From assembly GCA_048885525.1 (NCBI GenBank), contig JBHLLP010000012.1, forward strand, positions 5,721 through 69,720: a DNA stretch of 64,000 bases, read 5' to 3'. Source of the stretch: Candidatus Hermodarchaeota archaeon (GTDB lineage: Archaea > Asgardarchaeota > Lokiarchaeia > Sigyniarchaeales > SOKP01). The number at the start of each line of letters is the position of its first letter. Position 1 is the first letter of the stretch. This document shows positions 38,166-48,614 of this stretch, in pieces. The translations under genes were made by a program, and so were the position numbers. The notes below the pieces were generated by a model, which saw nothing but the letters and a program-made list of their open reading frames with translations, had not been told where the DNA came from and made no database searches.

Positions 38166-39494
38166 TTGAAGAAAAAAATAGCTGAAATCCGAAATCTATT
38201 ACTTGAACATCATGAATGGTTTCAAAGATCAATACCTCTGATTGCTTCTGAAAATATTACGAGTCCAGCAGTGGATGAAGTTTGTGCATCAGATTTCTCA
38301 CATCGATATGCAGAAGGATGGAGTGGACAAAGAGTTTATGCCGGATGCACCTATATTGATAAGGTTGAAGATATTTGCATGGAACTTACAAAAGAGTATT
38401 TTAAATGCTTACATGCCGATGTAAGACCTGTTTCCGGCGTTGTAGCAAATTTAGTTATGTATAATGCATTTACTTCAGATAATAATGGTAAAATGTGTTG
38501 CATGTCTATCGTTAGGGGGGGCCATATTTCACATGGTCCTAGATTTGCTAAAAGTGGGAGAGAAATATTTGGTACTGCTGGAACAACAAGAGGAATAGAT
38601 GTTGAATATTTAGCGTTTGATAATGATGAAATGAATCTTGATATTGACGCTTCAGCAAAAATTATTAGAAAATTTGAACCTGAATTAGTTTTGTTTGGAG
38701 GTTCTGTATTTTTATTCCCACATCCCGTTAAAGAGCTTGGTGATGTAGCAAGAGAAGTTGGAGCTTATGTTGGTTATGATGCCGCTCATGTGGCGGGCTT
38801 GATTGGTTCAGGATATTTCCAAGATCCATTAAGGGAGGGGGCAGATACCATGACAATGAGCACTCATAAGACACTTCCAGGACCTCAACATGGGACTTTA
38901 GTATCAAATAGAGAAGATTTAATTGAAACTCTGAGATCTTGTGCCTTTCCTGCTCTTTTATCTAATCATCATTTACATAATGTTGCTGGATTAGCGATCG
39001 CATTAGCAGAAATGCTAGAATTTGGAAAGGATTACCATAAAAATGTTATTCAAAATGCAAAGGCTCTTGGTCAAGCTTTATCTGAGCATGGTTTGAAAGT
39101 TTTAATGGAACATAAAGGTTTTACTGAATCTCACCAGATAATAGTTGATGTTACTGAATTTGAGAAAACTATCGGGTTAGGTGGAGATATTGAGAAATTA
39201 TTAGAACAAGCAAATATCATACTTAATCGTAATCTATTGCCCTATGACATTGCTCAAGGCAGACATTATCAAAATCCAGGTGGTTTAAGAATAGGCACAT
39301 CTGAAATTACTAGACTTGGTATGGGTAAAAGTGAAATGATCGATATTGCTGAATTTTTTAAGAAATTATTAATTGAAAAAAAAGACCCTAAAGAAGTTAA
39401 AGATGAAATAATGGATTTTAGAAAAGATTTCCAAGAAATTAAATATTGCTTTCAGTCTTCAAATAAGGCTTATGAATATTTAAAATTTTATTAA
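38166..39494 (+). CDS. glyA: Serine hydroxymethyltransferase
   Basis: 442 aa, TTG start. IPLIASENITSPAV, and STHKTLPGPQHG with the PLP lysine. Confidence 0.9.
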   Translation: MKKKIAEIRNLLLEHHEWFQRSIPLIASENITSPAVDEVCASDFSHRYAEGWSGQRVYAGCTYIDKVEDICMELTKEYFKCLHADVRPVSGVVANLVMYNAFTSDNNGKMCCMSIVRGGHISHGPRFAKSGREIFGTAGTTRGIDVEYLAFDNDEMNLDIDASAKIIRKFEPELVLFGGSVFLFPHPVKELGDVAREVGAYVGYDAAHVAGLIGSGYFQDPLREGADTMTMSTHKTLPGPQHGTLVSNREDLIETLRSCAFPALLSNHHLHNVAGLAIALAEMLEFGKDYHKNVIQNAKALGQALSEHGLKVLMEHKGFTESHQIIVDVTEFEKTIGLGGDIEKLLEQANIILNRNLLPYDIAQGRHYQNPGGLRIGTSEITRLGMGKSEMIDIAEFFKKLLIEKKDPKEVKDEIMDFRKDFQEIKYCFQSSNKAYEYLKFY

Positions 39495-39580
39495 TCTTCT
39501 TTATTCTTGTTTTTTCTTTAGAATAAATAATAAAACTTATCTTAAACGATTCATTTCAGACTTATTATAATTTTGAATTA

Positions 39581-40423
39581 ATGAAAGTCATGAATCTCGA
39601 AGTTCTTGAAAAAAGTGATAGAAAACTCATATTTGTAGTTGAGGGGATATCAATTGAGATGGCTAATGCAATTCGTAGAATTATTATTTCTGAAATTCCT
39701 GTTATGGCTGTAGATGAAATTATCATTCTGAAAAACGATAGTCCATTATATGATGAAATAATATCACACAGGCTCGGATTAATCCCTTTGACAACAGATT
39801 TAGAGGTTTACAAATTACCACGTGAATGTGAGTGTGGTGGATATGGTTGTCCTCTCTGTCAAGTTTCCTTAACATGTGAAGTTACTAACACATCAACCGC
39901 TCCTCTAGAAATTTACTCGGGTGACCTCAAATCAAATGACCCTAAGATAATTCCTGTTGATCCAAATATTCCAATAGTAAAAATAGATAAAAATGATAAA
40001 GTAATAATTGAGGCTTATGCTATACTAGGTTTAGCAAAAGATCACGTTAAATGGCAAGCAATTTCAAATATATTTTACAGATTTTATCCCCAAATCGATT
40101 TTAATAATAGTAAGTGTGCTAAATGCCCGGATAAATGTATAGTATCAAGAATGTGTCCTGAAGATTTATATGATTTCTCAAGTAAAAAAACTACAGTGTT
40201 AATAGAAGATTATTGGAAAAAATGCACATTATGTAATTCTTGCCAGAATGATTGTCCAGAAGAAGCTATTAAAGTAGGTTGGAAAGAAAATACTTATATA
40301 TTTTCAATTGAAAGTGATGGAGTTCTTCCATTTGAGACAATTATTAAGAAAACATTTGATATTTTTTTAGAAAAGATTGATGAATTTGTAGAAAGACTTG
40401 AAGAAGCAGAGATAGAATCGTGA
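39581..40423 (+). CDS. rpoD: DNA-directed RNA polymerase subunit D (Rpo3) with ferredoxin-like Cys domain
   Basis: 280 aa. ANAIRRIIISEIPVMAVDEI, HRLGLIPL, Cys clusters CECGGYGCPLC, CAKCPDKC and CTLCNSCQNDCP. Confidence 0.85.
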   Translation: MKVMNLEVLEKSDRKLIFVVEGISIEMANAIRRIIISEIPVMAVDEIIILKNDSPLYDEIISHRLGLIPLTTDLEVYKLPRECECGGYGCPLCQVSLTCEVTNTSTAPLEIYSGDLKSNDPKIIPVDPNIPIVKIDKNDKVIIEAYAILGLAKDHVKWQAISNIFYRFYPQIDFNNSKCAKCPDKCIVSRMCPEDLYDFSSKKTTVLIEDYWKKCTLCNSCQNDCPEEAIKVGWKENTYIFSIESDGVLPFETIIKKTFDIFLEKIDEFVERLEEAEIES

Positions 40424-40493
40424 TTTATCAAAAAATTATTTAAATATTATAAATTTAAGATATCAGAATTAATAAATTAGAGCGTCGTTTTAC

Positions 40494-40850
40494 ATGTCTC
40501 ACAAGGTAACTGGTCCATCAAATTATTACGTTAGAAAGCTAATTAGAGATTTATGGAAGACAAAGATAAATATATGGAAAACTGTATCAAAAAAATTAAG
40601 TGGTCCAAGAAGAAATAGAGTAAAAGCAAATTTATATCGTATTAATAAGAAGACAAAGAAGAACGATATAATTGTAATTCCCGGAAAAATTTTAGGACTA
40701 GGAGAATTAGATCATACTCTTACTATAGCATGCTTAGATTATTCAAAATCAGCGAAGAAAAAAATTGAATCCTCTGGAAGCACGTTAATGACAATTGAAA
40801 AATTATTAGAACAAAACCCTAAAGGTAGTGGTGTAAAGATCTTATATTGA
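40494..40850 (+). CDS. rpl18e: 50S ribosomal protein L18e
   Basis: 118 aa. LSGPRRNRVKANL, VIPGKILG, and position after rpoD. Confidence 0.8.
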   Translation: MSHKVTGPSNYYVRKLIRDLWKTKINIWKTVSKKLSGPRRNRVKANLYRINKKTKKNDIIVIPGKILGLGELDHTLTIACLDYSKSAKKKIESSGSTLMTIEKLLEQNPKGSGVKILY

Positions 40851-40883
40851 AATAACAAATATCTTATTTAAAAGTGATAAAAC

Positions 40884-41357
40884 ATGGTAGTTGAATATCA
40901 ATTATATGATGCTTCGAATAAAATTTTGGGTCGTTTTTGTAGTCACATAGCAAAAAAAGCTTTATTGGGTGAGTATATAGTAATTATTAATGCGAAAGAT
41001 GCAATTGTCAGTGGAACAAAAAGAAATATTCATGAGAATTATCTTGCTAAATTAAAAATTTCAACAGCTACTAATCCACGTAGGGGACCATTTCATGAAA
41101 GGAGACCAGATACTTTTATGAGAAGAGTTGTAAAACAAATGTTACCAAGAAAGAAACTGCGAGGAAAGGAAGCTCTTAAGAGAGTCCACGTTTATATATC
41201 GGATATTCCAGAAAGATTTAAGAAGAGATATCAAACCTTAGTACCTAATGAAATTAATAATGTAGACAAGAAGAGACTTTCATATTACAATCGATATATC
41301 ACTTTAGAAAATTTATGTCAAAGAATAGGTTGGAAGAAAACCGAGGTTGAAGTTTAA
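40884..41357 (+). CDS. rpl13: 50S ribosomal protein L13 (uL13)
   Basis: 157 aa. DASNKILGRFCSHIAKKAL...IVIINAKDAIVSG. Confidence 0.85.
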   Translation: MVVEYQLYDASNKILGRFCSHIAKKALLGEYIVIINAKDAIVSGTKRNIHENYLAKLKISTATNPRRGPFHERRPDTFMRRVVKQMLPRKKLRGKEALKRVHVYISDIPERFKKRYQTLVPNEINNVDKKRLSYYNRYITLENLCQRIGWKKTEVEV

Positions 41358-41360
41358 AAT

Positions 41361-41771
41361 ATGTCAATGAAAGTTATTCAAGCATCAGGAAAAAGAAAAT
41401 CTGCTATTGCAAGAGCTGTTTTGAGACATCCTGCTAAAGGTCAAATAAAAATAAATAATACACCTCTACAATTATATGAACCTGAAATAGAGCGATTAAG
41501 AATCCAAGAAGTAGTTGAAATAGTAAACCATCCAAAAGTTGATAAATGTGACATTAATATTAATGTGAAAGGTGGTGGAAAGAGTGGACAAACTGATGCT
41601 GTACGTATGGCTATTGCGAAATCAATATTTAAGTTTTTAGGTACAAAAACAATAGAAAGAATTTTTAGAGAATATGATGACTCCTTATTAAGTGGAGATT
41701 CGAGACGAACAGAACCAAAGAAATTCGGAGGCAAAAAAGCTAGATCTCGAAGACAAAAAAGTTTCAGATAA
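41361..41771 (+). CDS. rps9: 30S ribosomal protein S9 (uS9)
   Basis: 136 aa. GKRKSAIARA, GGGKSGQTDA, C-terminal RRQKSFR. Confidence 0.9.
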   Translation: MSMKVIQASGKRKSAIARAVLRHPAKGQIKINNTPLQLYEPEIERLRIQEVVEIVNHPKVDKCDININVKGGGKSGQTDAVRMAIAKSIFKFLGTKTIERIFREYDDSLLSGDSRRTEPKKFGGKKARSRRQKSFR

Positions 41772-41784
41772 AATTTTAAAAATC

Positions 41785-43101
41785 TCAAAGAATTTCGATA
41801 TTTGCTCCTAATTCTTTCAAATCCTCATAAAAGCTAGGATATGAATCTTTTACGATATTACTGTTATGAATAGATGAACTTGAATCAGCAAATAAAGCTG
41901 CTATGCTACAAGCCATAGCTATTCTATGATCATTATTATGATTAATTTTTATTCCCGAAATTTTATCACAGTGAAAGATCGTCAATTTATCTTTCTCTTC
42001 AATAACTTTAACACCCATTTTAGTTAATTCTCGAGCCATTGCAGCAATTCTGTCAGTTTCTTTCAATCTTTGGTTAGAAGCGTTGTAAAGAACGGTTTTT
42101 CCTTCTGCGAAAGCACCAATGACAGACAAAATCGGAAATAAATCGGGAATTTCAATACAATTAATCTCAATGCCATTTAAAGGTGAGTTTCTATTATCTC
42201 CGTTTATGAGTACCCAGTCGTTTTCTTGGTCAATTTTAATTTTTGCTCCCATTTGTGTAAAAATCTCAAGAATTATTTTGTCTCCTTGGTAATTATTAAT
42301 ATTAAGGTTTTTAATAATTATAGATGATGGTTTATTAGATAGAACTGCAGCTGCTAAAATGTATGCGGCAGAACTAAAATCTCCCGGGATTGTAATTGAT
42401 TGTGATCTATAAATCTGTTCATTTGTTATATAGAACTTTCTATCTTTGAAATTAGCTTGAATATTAATTCCAAATGACTCTAATATATCTAAGGTAATAT
42501 TAATAAAAGGTTTAGAGGATAATGGAGTTAATGATTCAATTTCAATATAGTCTATGTTTTTGCATTTTATTAAGGGACACAATATTAACAACGCAGTTAT
42601 AAACTGTGAGCTTATATCGCCTTGAATCTTAATTTTATTGCAAACAACTTTTTTACGTTTTATTTTAAGTTTTTTATCTGTTAATTTGAAAACTCCTCCT
42701 AATTGTTCAAGTGCATTGAGAAGTGGAAGAATAGGTCGTTTAAAGTTAAAAAAATCTCCTTTTAAAGTTAATCCTCCCTCAATAAGCAAACCTAAAGCAC
42801 TGAAAATTCTGACTGTTGTACCTGAATTTCTGCAATCTATTGCTTTTTTATAAGATCTATAGGCATCTTTAACTCGTTTAACGATGTAAGTGTTACCATC
42901 TTTTTTAAGAATTCTCACTCCTAATAATTGTAATAAATTCATTGTAACAGCTACATCTCCACTCGTCAAGGGATTTTTAATTATTGAAATGCCATCAGCT
43001 AAACTAGCAGCAATAAAAGCTCTATGGGAATAACTTTTAGATCCAGGTGCTATGACTTCACCATTTAAACCGTTTTTTATCGGAGTAATTTTGAGATTCA
43101 T
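41785..43101 (-). CDS. aroA: 3-phosphoshikimate 1-carboxyvinyltransferase (EPSP synthase)
   Basis: 438 aa. APGSKSYSHRA, NSGTTVR, DHRIAMA. Confidence 0.85.
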   Translation of the reverse strand: MNLKITPIKNGLNGEVIAPGSKSYSHRAFIAASLADGISIIKNPLTSGDVAVTMNLLQLLGVRILKKDGNTYIVKRVKDAYRSYKKAIDCRNSGTTVRIFSALGLLIEGGLTLKGDFFNFKRPILPLLNALEQLGGVFKLTDKKLKIKRKKVVCNKIKIQGDISSQFITALLILCPLIKCKNIDYIEIESLTPLSSKPFINITLDILESFGINIQANFKDRKFYITNEQIYRSQSITIPGDFSSAAYILAAAVLSNKPSSIIIKNLNINNYQGDKIILEIFTQMGAKIKIDQENDWVLINGDNRNSPLNGIEINCIEIPDLFPILSVIGAFAEGKTVLYNASNQRLKETDRIAAMARELTKMGVKVIEEKDKLTIFHCDKISGIKINHNNDHRIAMACSIAALFADSSSSIHNSNIVKDSYPSFYEDLKELGANIEIL

Positions 43102-43191
43102 TAAATAATAAATAGAAACTTATAGATATAATATTATTTAAATAATCATATAAGACTATTGTTAAATAATTCCTTAGAGAACGTGAAAAAG

Positions 43192-44298
43192 ATGCATAAT
43201 TCATTGGGTACCATCTTTAGAATAACTTCATTTGGAGAGAGTCATGGAGAATTAGTTGGAATTATATTAGATGGAGTACCAGCGGGATTAGACTTTGATT
43301 TAAGTATAATTCAAAACGAACTCGATAGAAGAAAACCGGGTCAAACACTAATTAGTACTAACCGTTTAGAGGAGGATCGCGTTAAATTATTATCTGGTGT
43401 TTTTGATAATAAAACAACAGGAGCTCCCATTTGTTTAATAATTGAGAATAAAGATGTAGATTCATCAATATATAAAACATATAAAAATTTCTTGCGTCCA
43501 TCACATGTAGATTACTCTGCATTCAAAAAGTATGGTGGTTATTCAGATTATCGAGGATCGGGTAGGTTTTCTGGTAGAATAACTGCAGGGTTTGTTATGG
43601 CTGGAGCCATAGCGAAACAGATATTAAAAAAATATAATATCTTGATATTTGCCTATACAAAGAGTATCGGGAATATTATTGATGAACAAAATTATTCTTC
43701 AAATGAGCTTAAAGAATTATATAAAATTAGAGAAGAAAATACTGTTAGAGCTATTAGTTCCAAAAAGGCCAAATTAATGGAAGAACTAGTTAAAAATGTG
43801 AAAAATCAAAATGATTCTATTGGAGGAACAGTTAGATGTATAGTAATAAATTTTCCAGAAGGAAAAGGGAACCCTATTTTTAACAGTATTGAGTCAAATA
43901 TAAGTAGCGCGATTTTTGCAATTCCGGGAATAAAGGGTATAGAGTTTGGAGCTGGTTTTAAGGGAACTAGAATGAAAGGCTCGGAGCACAACGATCCATG
44001 GGTTTTTAAGGATGGAAAAATCCAAACAACTAAAAATGACTCCGGGGGAATTATTGGGGGGATTTCTACAGGAATGCCAATTGAATTTACAGTTGGAATT
44101 AAACCAACTGCTTCCATAGCTATTCGACAGAGAACTGTTAACATTGAAACAATGAAAAATGTAGAAGTTGAATTTCCTGGTCGTCATGATCCATGTATAG
44201 TCCCAAGGGTGGTGTCAGTAATTGAAGCTATGACCGCCAATGTTTTACTTGATTGTTTATTAATTGAGGGTTATATTCCTAGAATTTTAAATTCTTAA
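43192..44298 (+). CDS. aroC: Chorismate synthase
   Basis: MHNSLGTIFRITSFGESHG, RPGQ, GRHDPC. The track ORF starts at TTG 43159; ATG 43192 (or GTG 43183) fits the family N-terminus better. Confidence 0.85.
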   Translation: MHNSLGTIFRITSFGESHGELVGIILDGVPAGLDFDLSIIQNELDRRKPGQTLISTNRLEEDRVKLLSGVFDNKTTGAPICLIIENKDVDSSIYKTYKNFLRPSHVDYSAFKKYGGYSDYRGSGRFSGRITAGFVMAGAIAKQILKKYNILIFAYTKSIGNIIDEQNYSSNELKELYKIREENTVRAISSKKAKLMEELVKNVKNQNDSIGGTVRCIVINFPEGKGNPIFNSIESNISSAIFAIPGIKGIEFGAGFKGTRMKGSEHNDPWVFKDGKIQTTKNDSGGIIGGISTGMPIEFTVGIKPTASIAIRQRTVNIETMKNVEVEFPGRHDPCIVPRVVSVIEAMTANVLLDCLLIEGYIPRILNS

Positions 44299-44393
44299 AA
44301 GAATAACCTAATTATAATTTGTCATAAGATAGAATAAAAATTAAAAATTATTAATTATAAATTGAGTATAATAAGAAGTAAATTGAGTTAATA

Positions 44394-44633
44394 GTGTCTA
44401 TACAAGAAAAATTTATTAAAGACGTAATTAAAGTAATAGATAGATGGTCTTTTGAGCAGTGTGCTTTTTGTGAAAATGGGACAATGGTATCAATTGAAGG
44501 GATGGTTGATTTCAAATGTAGCAAATGTGGAAATACCATGAACCCCCTTAATTATTTAGGAGAGATTGCTAAGTATGTTTTTAATTATAGAGAACAAAAT
44601 CCACATCTTAATAATGAACCCGGGTATGATTAA
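44394..44633 (+). CDS. Small zinc-ribbon protein
   Basis: 79 aa, GTG start. CAFCENG...CSKCGN. Confidence 0.45.
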   Translation: MSIQEKFIKDVIKVIDRWSFEQCAFCENGTMVSIEGMVDFKCSKCGNTMNPLNYLGEIAKYVFNYREQNPHLNNEPGYD

Positions 44634-44730
44634 TCTCATCTAAAATTAGGAAATTATTAATTAAATTGCATAATTTATAATTATAAACTCAATTCTTTAA
44701 AAAATTAAATAAATTTCTTAGGTATTTAAA

Positions 44731-46155
44731 ATGGAATTACCTATTACAGCAGTTTTATTAGGAGCAGGTAGGAGAGGATTTCATGTCTATGGTAATTATG
44801 CTCTAAAAAATAAAGAAAAAATAAAATTTGTAGCTGTAGCAGAACCTATCAAAAATACACGTGAAAACTTTGCCAAATTACATAATATCCCTACTAATAG
44901 ATGTTTTGAAAGCTGGGAGGATTTGCTTATTAAGGAGAAACTAGCAGAAGTTGCTTTTGTGTGTACTCAAGATCAAATGCACACAGCACCTACATTATTG
45001 GCATTAGAGAAAGGATATCATATATTACTAGAAAAACCCATGGCACATAGATTAACTGATTGTATTAAAATAGTGAAAAAAGTAGAGGAAACGGGTAAAA
45101 TTTTAGGAGTTTCTCATGTATTAAGATACACCGAATTTTTTTTAACGATTTTAAAAATTATTAATAAAGGATTGCTTGGAGATATTGTTAATATCTCACA
45201 TCGAGAAAATGTTTCATGGTATCACATGGCACACAGTTTTGTCCGAGGACCATGGGCAGTTAGAGAAAAATCTTCACCCATGATTTTAGCAAAAGCTTGT
45301 CATGATTTAGATTTATTATATTGGATGGTGGGGTCCATTCCGAAAAAAATTAGTTCTTTTGGTAGCTTATTCCATTTCAAAGCAGAGAATGCACCTCAAG
45401 GAGCTCCAAAATTTTGTTTAGATGGATGTCCTGTAAAAAATACATGTAAATACTACGCTCCAAGGACTTATATTGATATAATCCCAATAATTCAAATTAT
45501 GCAAAAAGGAAAAAACAGAGGACTTAAATTTTTGAGTAATTTACGTAAGAATTATATTAAATTATATACGTTCTTAGCTAAAATAATTCCTGCATTTAAG
45601 AGATTGAGATACTGGAGTGAATGGCCTGTTTATTATTTATATTCTGGACAACAAGAAGACTATTCAGACCAGGCAAAATTAAAAATTCTTAAAACAAGTC
45701 AATATGGGAGGTGTGTGTATTTTAGTGATAACAACGTAGTTGATCATCAAGTAGTCAATATAGAGTTTGAAAATGGTGTTACAGCTAATTTTACTATGCA
45801 TGGATTTAGTGAGAGAGAAGGTAGAACTCTGAGAATTGATGGTACAGAAGCAACTTTAATAGGAGAATTTCATGATTCCAATAAAAAGTTAACTCTCTAT
45901 AATCATTTTTCTGGAGATAAAAGAATTATTTTAGATCAAAAACTTACACTTAGTACAGCTGAACATGGTGGAGGAGACCCTAAATTAATTGATGCTTTTA
46001 TCGAATCATTGAATAACCCAAACTTTGTTCAACCTTTAACAAATGCTAGAGCTTGTCTTGAAAGTCATTTAATGGCTTTTGCCGCTGATGAATCTCGAAT
46101 AAAAGGAACCGTGATTAATATGGATGAATATCGCAAGAGATCAGATAATCTTTGA
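44731..46155 (+). CDS. Gfo/Idh/MocA family oxidoreductase
   Basis: 474 aa. N-terminal Rossmann LLGAGRRG, ILLEKPMA, and a long C-terminal alpha/beta domain. Confidence 0.75.
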   Translation: MELPITAVLLGAGRRGFHVYGNYALKNKEKIKFVAVAEPIKNTRENFAKLHNIPTNRCFESWEDLLIKEKLAEVAFVCTQDQMHTAPTLLALEKGYHILLEKPMAHRLTDCIKIVKKVEETGKILGVSHVLRYTEFFLTILKIINKGLLGDIVNISHRENVSWYHMAHSFVRGPWAVREKSSPMILAKACHDLDLLYWMVGSIPKKISSFGSLFHFKAENAPQGAPKFCLDGCPVKNTCKYYAPRTYIDIIPIIQIMQKGKNRGLKFLSNLRKNYIKLYTFLAKIIPAFKRLRYWSEWPVYYLYSGQQEDYSDQAKLKILKTSQYGRCVYFSDNNVVDHQVVNIEFENGVTANFTMHGFSEREGRTLRIDGTEATLIGEFHDSNKKLTLYNHFSGDKRIILDQKLTLSTAEHGGGDPKLIDAFIESLNNPNFVQPLTNARACLESHLMAFAADESRIKGTVINMDEYRKRSDNL

Positions 46156-46268
46156 ATATTTTACTAGAGATAAATGTTAATATTGTGAAAAAAATATAGA
46201 TAATTTATTATTATTAATAACATAAAATATCTTATAATTAAAACTAAATTTTGGTCTGTTAAAATAGA

Positions 46269-46496
46269 ATGGATAAAAAAATTGACACTTCTCAGCAATT
46301 TATCGAATTCTACAAAAAAAAGGGTGACTACTTAGTATCTCTTTCAGAAAATCATTTCAAGAATATAGAATATCGTAAATGTCTTGAATTATTAAATCAA
46401 GCATATGGAATGTACATGAAGGGAAATTATATTGAACTTGCTGAAAAAACTAAACAAAGATTCTTAGAAATCAAAAAAAAATATATTAAAAAATGA
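46269..46496 (+). CDS. Hypothetical small helical protein
   Basis: 75 aa, helical, no motif. Confidence 0.35.
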   Translation: MDKKIDTSQQFIEFYKKKGDYLVSLSENHFKNIEYRKCLELLNQAYGMYMKGNYIELAEKTKQRFLEIKKKYIKK

Positions 46497-46501
46497 ACTT
46501 A

Positions 46502-47008
46502 TTAATTAATTTCTAAAGAATTACCTAATTTATATTCAATATCTTCAATATGAGAACCTTGCCAATATACTTTTTTACATTGAAGATTTGAACATTGATA
46601 AAATTCAGTATAATTATTATATGTTTCTTCTAAAACGTACATTTTTATAGAATTCTTATTTTGTACTCTTTCTAACTGTGAATTACACATTGAACATCTC
46701 GCCTGTTTAAGATTAAATTTAAAATTTAAACCTAACTTTTTATTGAGTTGTTTTAAGTAGTTATATATGCCTTCTCCACTGAGAAAAATACTCTTATCTT
46801 CATAATGCTTGTATAAGACATAATCTTTAGTAACGATAATTCTTCTATTTCTTTTTGCATAATCTATTAACTTTTCATCAGGAACTGGATCTATATTAAA
46901 ATAACCAATTAAATCATTGGCATAAATTGTGTCAAAACCAAATATTCTAAGGAATCTTGATAATTTACCTAACATCGCATCGACTAAAAATTTCATATTA
47001 TTTATCAT
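46502..47008 (-). CDS. Mut7-C (DUF82) PIN-like RNase domain protein with zinc ribbon
   Basis: 168 aa. FLVDAMLGKLSRFLRIFGFDT, plus CSMCNSQL...CSNLQCKKVYWQGSH. Confidence 0.75.
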   Translation of the reverse strand: MINNMKFLVDAMLGKLSRFLRIFGFDTIYANDLIGYFNIDPVPDEKLIDYAKRNRRIIVTKDYVLYKHYEDKSIFLSGEGIYNYLKQLNKKLGLNFKFNLKQARCSMCNSQLERVQNKNSIKMYVLEETYNNYTEFYQCSNLQCKKVYWQGSHIEDIEYKLGNSLEIN

Positions 47009-47094
47009 ACGCTTTTTTTATTTATTAATAGGATAAATATATTTAAAGCATCTTATTATTTTACTTAAACCAAATAAAAATCATATAGATTTAA

Positions 47095-47622
47095 ATGGAA
47101 GCTAAGGAATTAATGGAAAAAGCTGCAAGATTTCATGGGCATATTTGTCCGGGTCTTGCAATTGGTGTTTTAGTTGCTAAACATGTCTTAGAGCATGGAT
47201 ATAATTATTCTCCAAATGAAGAGTTAGTTGCTGTCGTTGAGAATGATAATTGTAGCGTTGATGCTCTCCAAGTAATTTTGGGCACAACATATGGGAAGGG
47301 TAATCTTGTGCATAGAGATTATGGGAAGATGAATTACTCTATTTATGATAGAAGAACTCAAAAAGGTATAAAATTAGCATTAAAAAGTAGACAACTTAAT
47401 GGTGAAAAATTAACAAGAGATGAAAAAATTCAATTTTTATTGAAATCAAAACCAGAAGATGTATTTAAAATTGATAAGATTGAATTTAATCCTCCAGGAT
47501 TAGCCCAGATTGAAGAATCTGCACCATGTGAGATATGTGGAGAAATTACTATGAGTAGTCGACTTATGATATATAATGATTCTGAAATGTGTGTTCCTTG
47601 TTATAAAAAAATAAGGGGATAG
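47095..47622 (+). CDS. FmdE family protein with C-terminal zinc ribbon
   Basis: 175 aa. RFHGHICPGLAIGV, NDNCSVDALQ, CEICGE...CVPC. Confidence 0.75.
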   Translation: MEAKELMEKAARFHGHICPGLAIGVLVAKHVLEHGYNYSPNEELVAVVENDNCSVDALQVILGTTYGKGNLVHRDYGKMNYSIYDRRTQKGIKLALKSRQLNGEKLTRDEKIQFLLKSKPEDVFKIDKIEFNPPGLAQIEESAPCEICGEITMSSRLMIYNDSEMCVPCYKKIRG

Positions 47623-47737
47623 ATAAAAATAATATCATTTCATGTATTAGATTTTATGGTATATTTCTTAATGCTTCTTTCAATATGAAGAAATTTACTT
47701 ATTATTTGATTGAAACTAAATAATGATGTAAAATGAA

Positions 47738-48502
47738 ATGGTTGATAAAAATCTGATGATAATGGATGGTGCGGGTCCTTTTCTTTTTGAAGGAAATAAA
47801 GTTGGAATCCTCATGATACATGGAGGTGGTGGAGGAACATGTGCAGATTTAAAACCTTTAGCAGAGTATTTGTATGCAAAAGGAGGTTATACTGTAAAAA
47901 TTCCCTTACTTCCTGGTTTTGGAACTTCGCCTGAAGATTTAAAAAACATTAAGATTAATGATTGGAAATCAGCTTTAAAGGAAGAAATAACAATATTAAA
48001 GGATACTTGCGATAAAATAATTGTAGGGGGGCATTCTATGGGGGGTCTTTTAACTTTAATATTAGCAGCAAATTATAATTTTGATGGAATTTTTACGATT
48101 AGTGCCCCCGCAGGAGTTCAATCATTTTTGATTAACTTAGTTCCTTTATTCCAAATTTTTGTAAAATATCATAAAACCCCTTCTGAAAAATTCAGAAAAG
48201 ACACAAATGGAAAGTGGGTTGGGTATGATAAGATTCCCGTAAATATTGGAATAAAAGCAAAAAAATTGATGATAGAGATGAAACAATCTTTATTCAAAAT
48301 TAACTGTCCAATAATATTATTTCAAGGTCGATTAGATTCTGATATTAAAAAAAATAGTATGGATTATATTTTCAGTAAAATCAGTTCTAAAACTAAAAAA
48401 AAGATATGGTTGGAACATAATGATCATCCAATATTAGACAGCCCCGATTACAATCAAATTGCGTCTGAACTTTTTAATTTTATTCATGAAATTTGTCCTT
48501 AA
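47738..48502 (+). CDS. Alpha/beta hydrolase (carboxylesterase/lysophospholipase-like)
   Basis: 254 aa. HGGGGG, nucleophile elbow GGHSMGG, C-terminal HNDHP. Confidence 0.7.
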   Translation: MVDKNLMIMDGAGPFLFEGNKVGILMIHGGGGGTCADLKPLAEYLYAKGGYTVKIPLLPGFGTSPEDLKNIKINDWKSALKEEITILKDTCDKIIVGGHSMGGLLTLILAANYNFDGIFTISAPAGVQSFLINLVPLFQIFVKYHKTPSEKFRKDTNGKWVGYDKIPVNIGIKAKKLMIEMKQSLFKINCPIILFQGRLDSDIKKNSMDYIFSKISSKTKKKIWLEHNDHPILDSPDYNQIASELFNFIHEICP

Positions 48503-48614
48503 ATTATTTATTTATGATTAAATTACTAAAAATATCGAAGAGTAGACTTTAGCAATTTTAAAAAGTTAAACTTATGAGATTTTTTAACGCTTTCAAATAT
48601 GAGAGGAATCATCC

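Noticed and set aside
28625-39494. TTG starts on conserved genes (thermosome 30217, Rag-like 33101, glyA 38166), considered as a sign of mis-framed calls
   Set aside because: The N-termini obtained match family expectations (MSNVPIIILKEG, ...ISGLDNAGKT, ...IPLIASEN). No in-frame ATG or GTG exists upstream before a stop. The thermosome TTG is preceded by AGGTGA.
41441-41788. 115-aa minus-strand ORF opposite rps9
   Set aside because: It is an antisense shadow of a conserved ribosomal protein gene.
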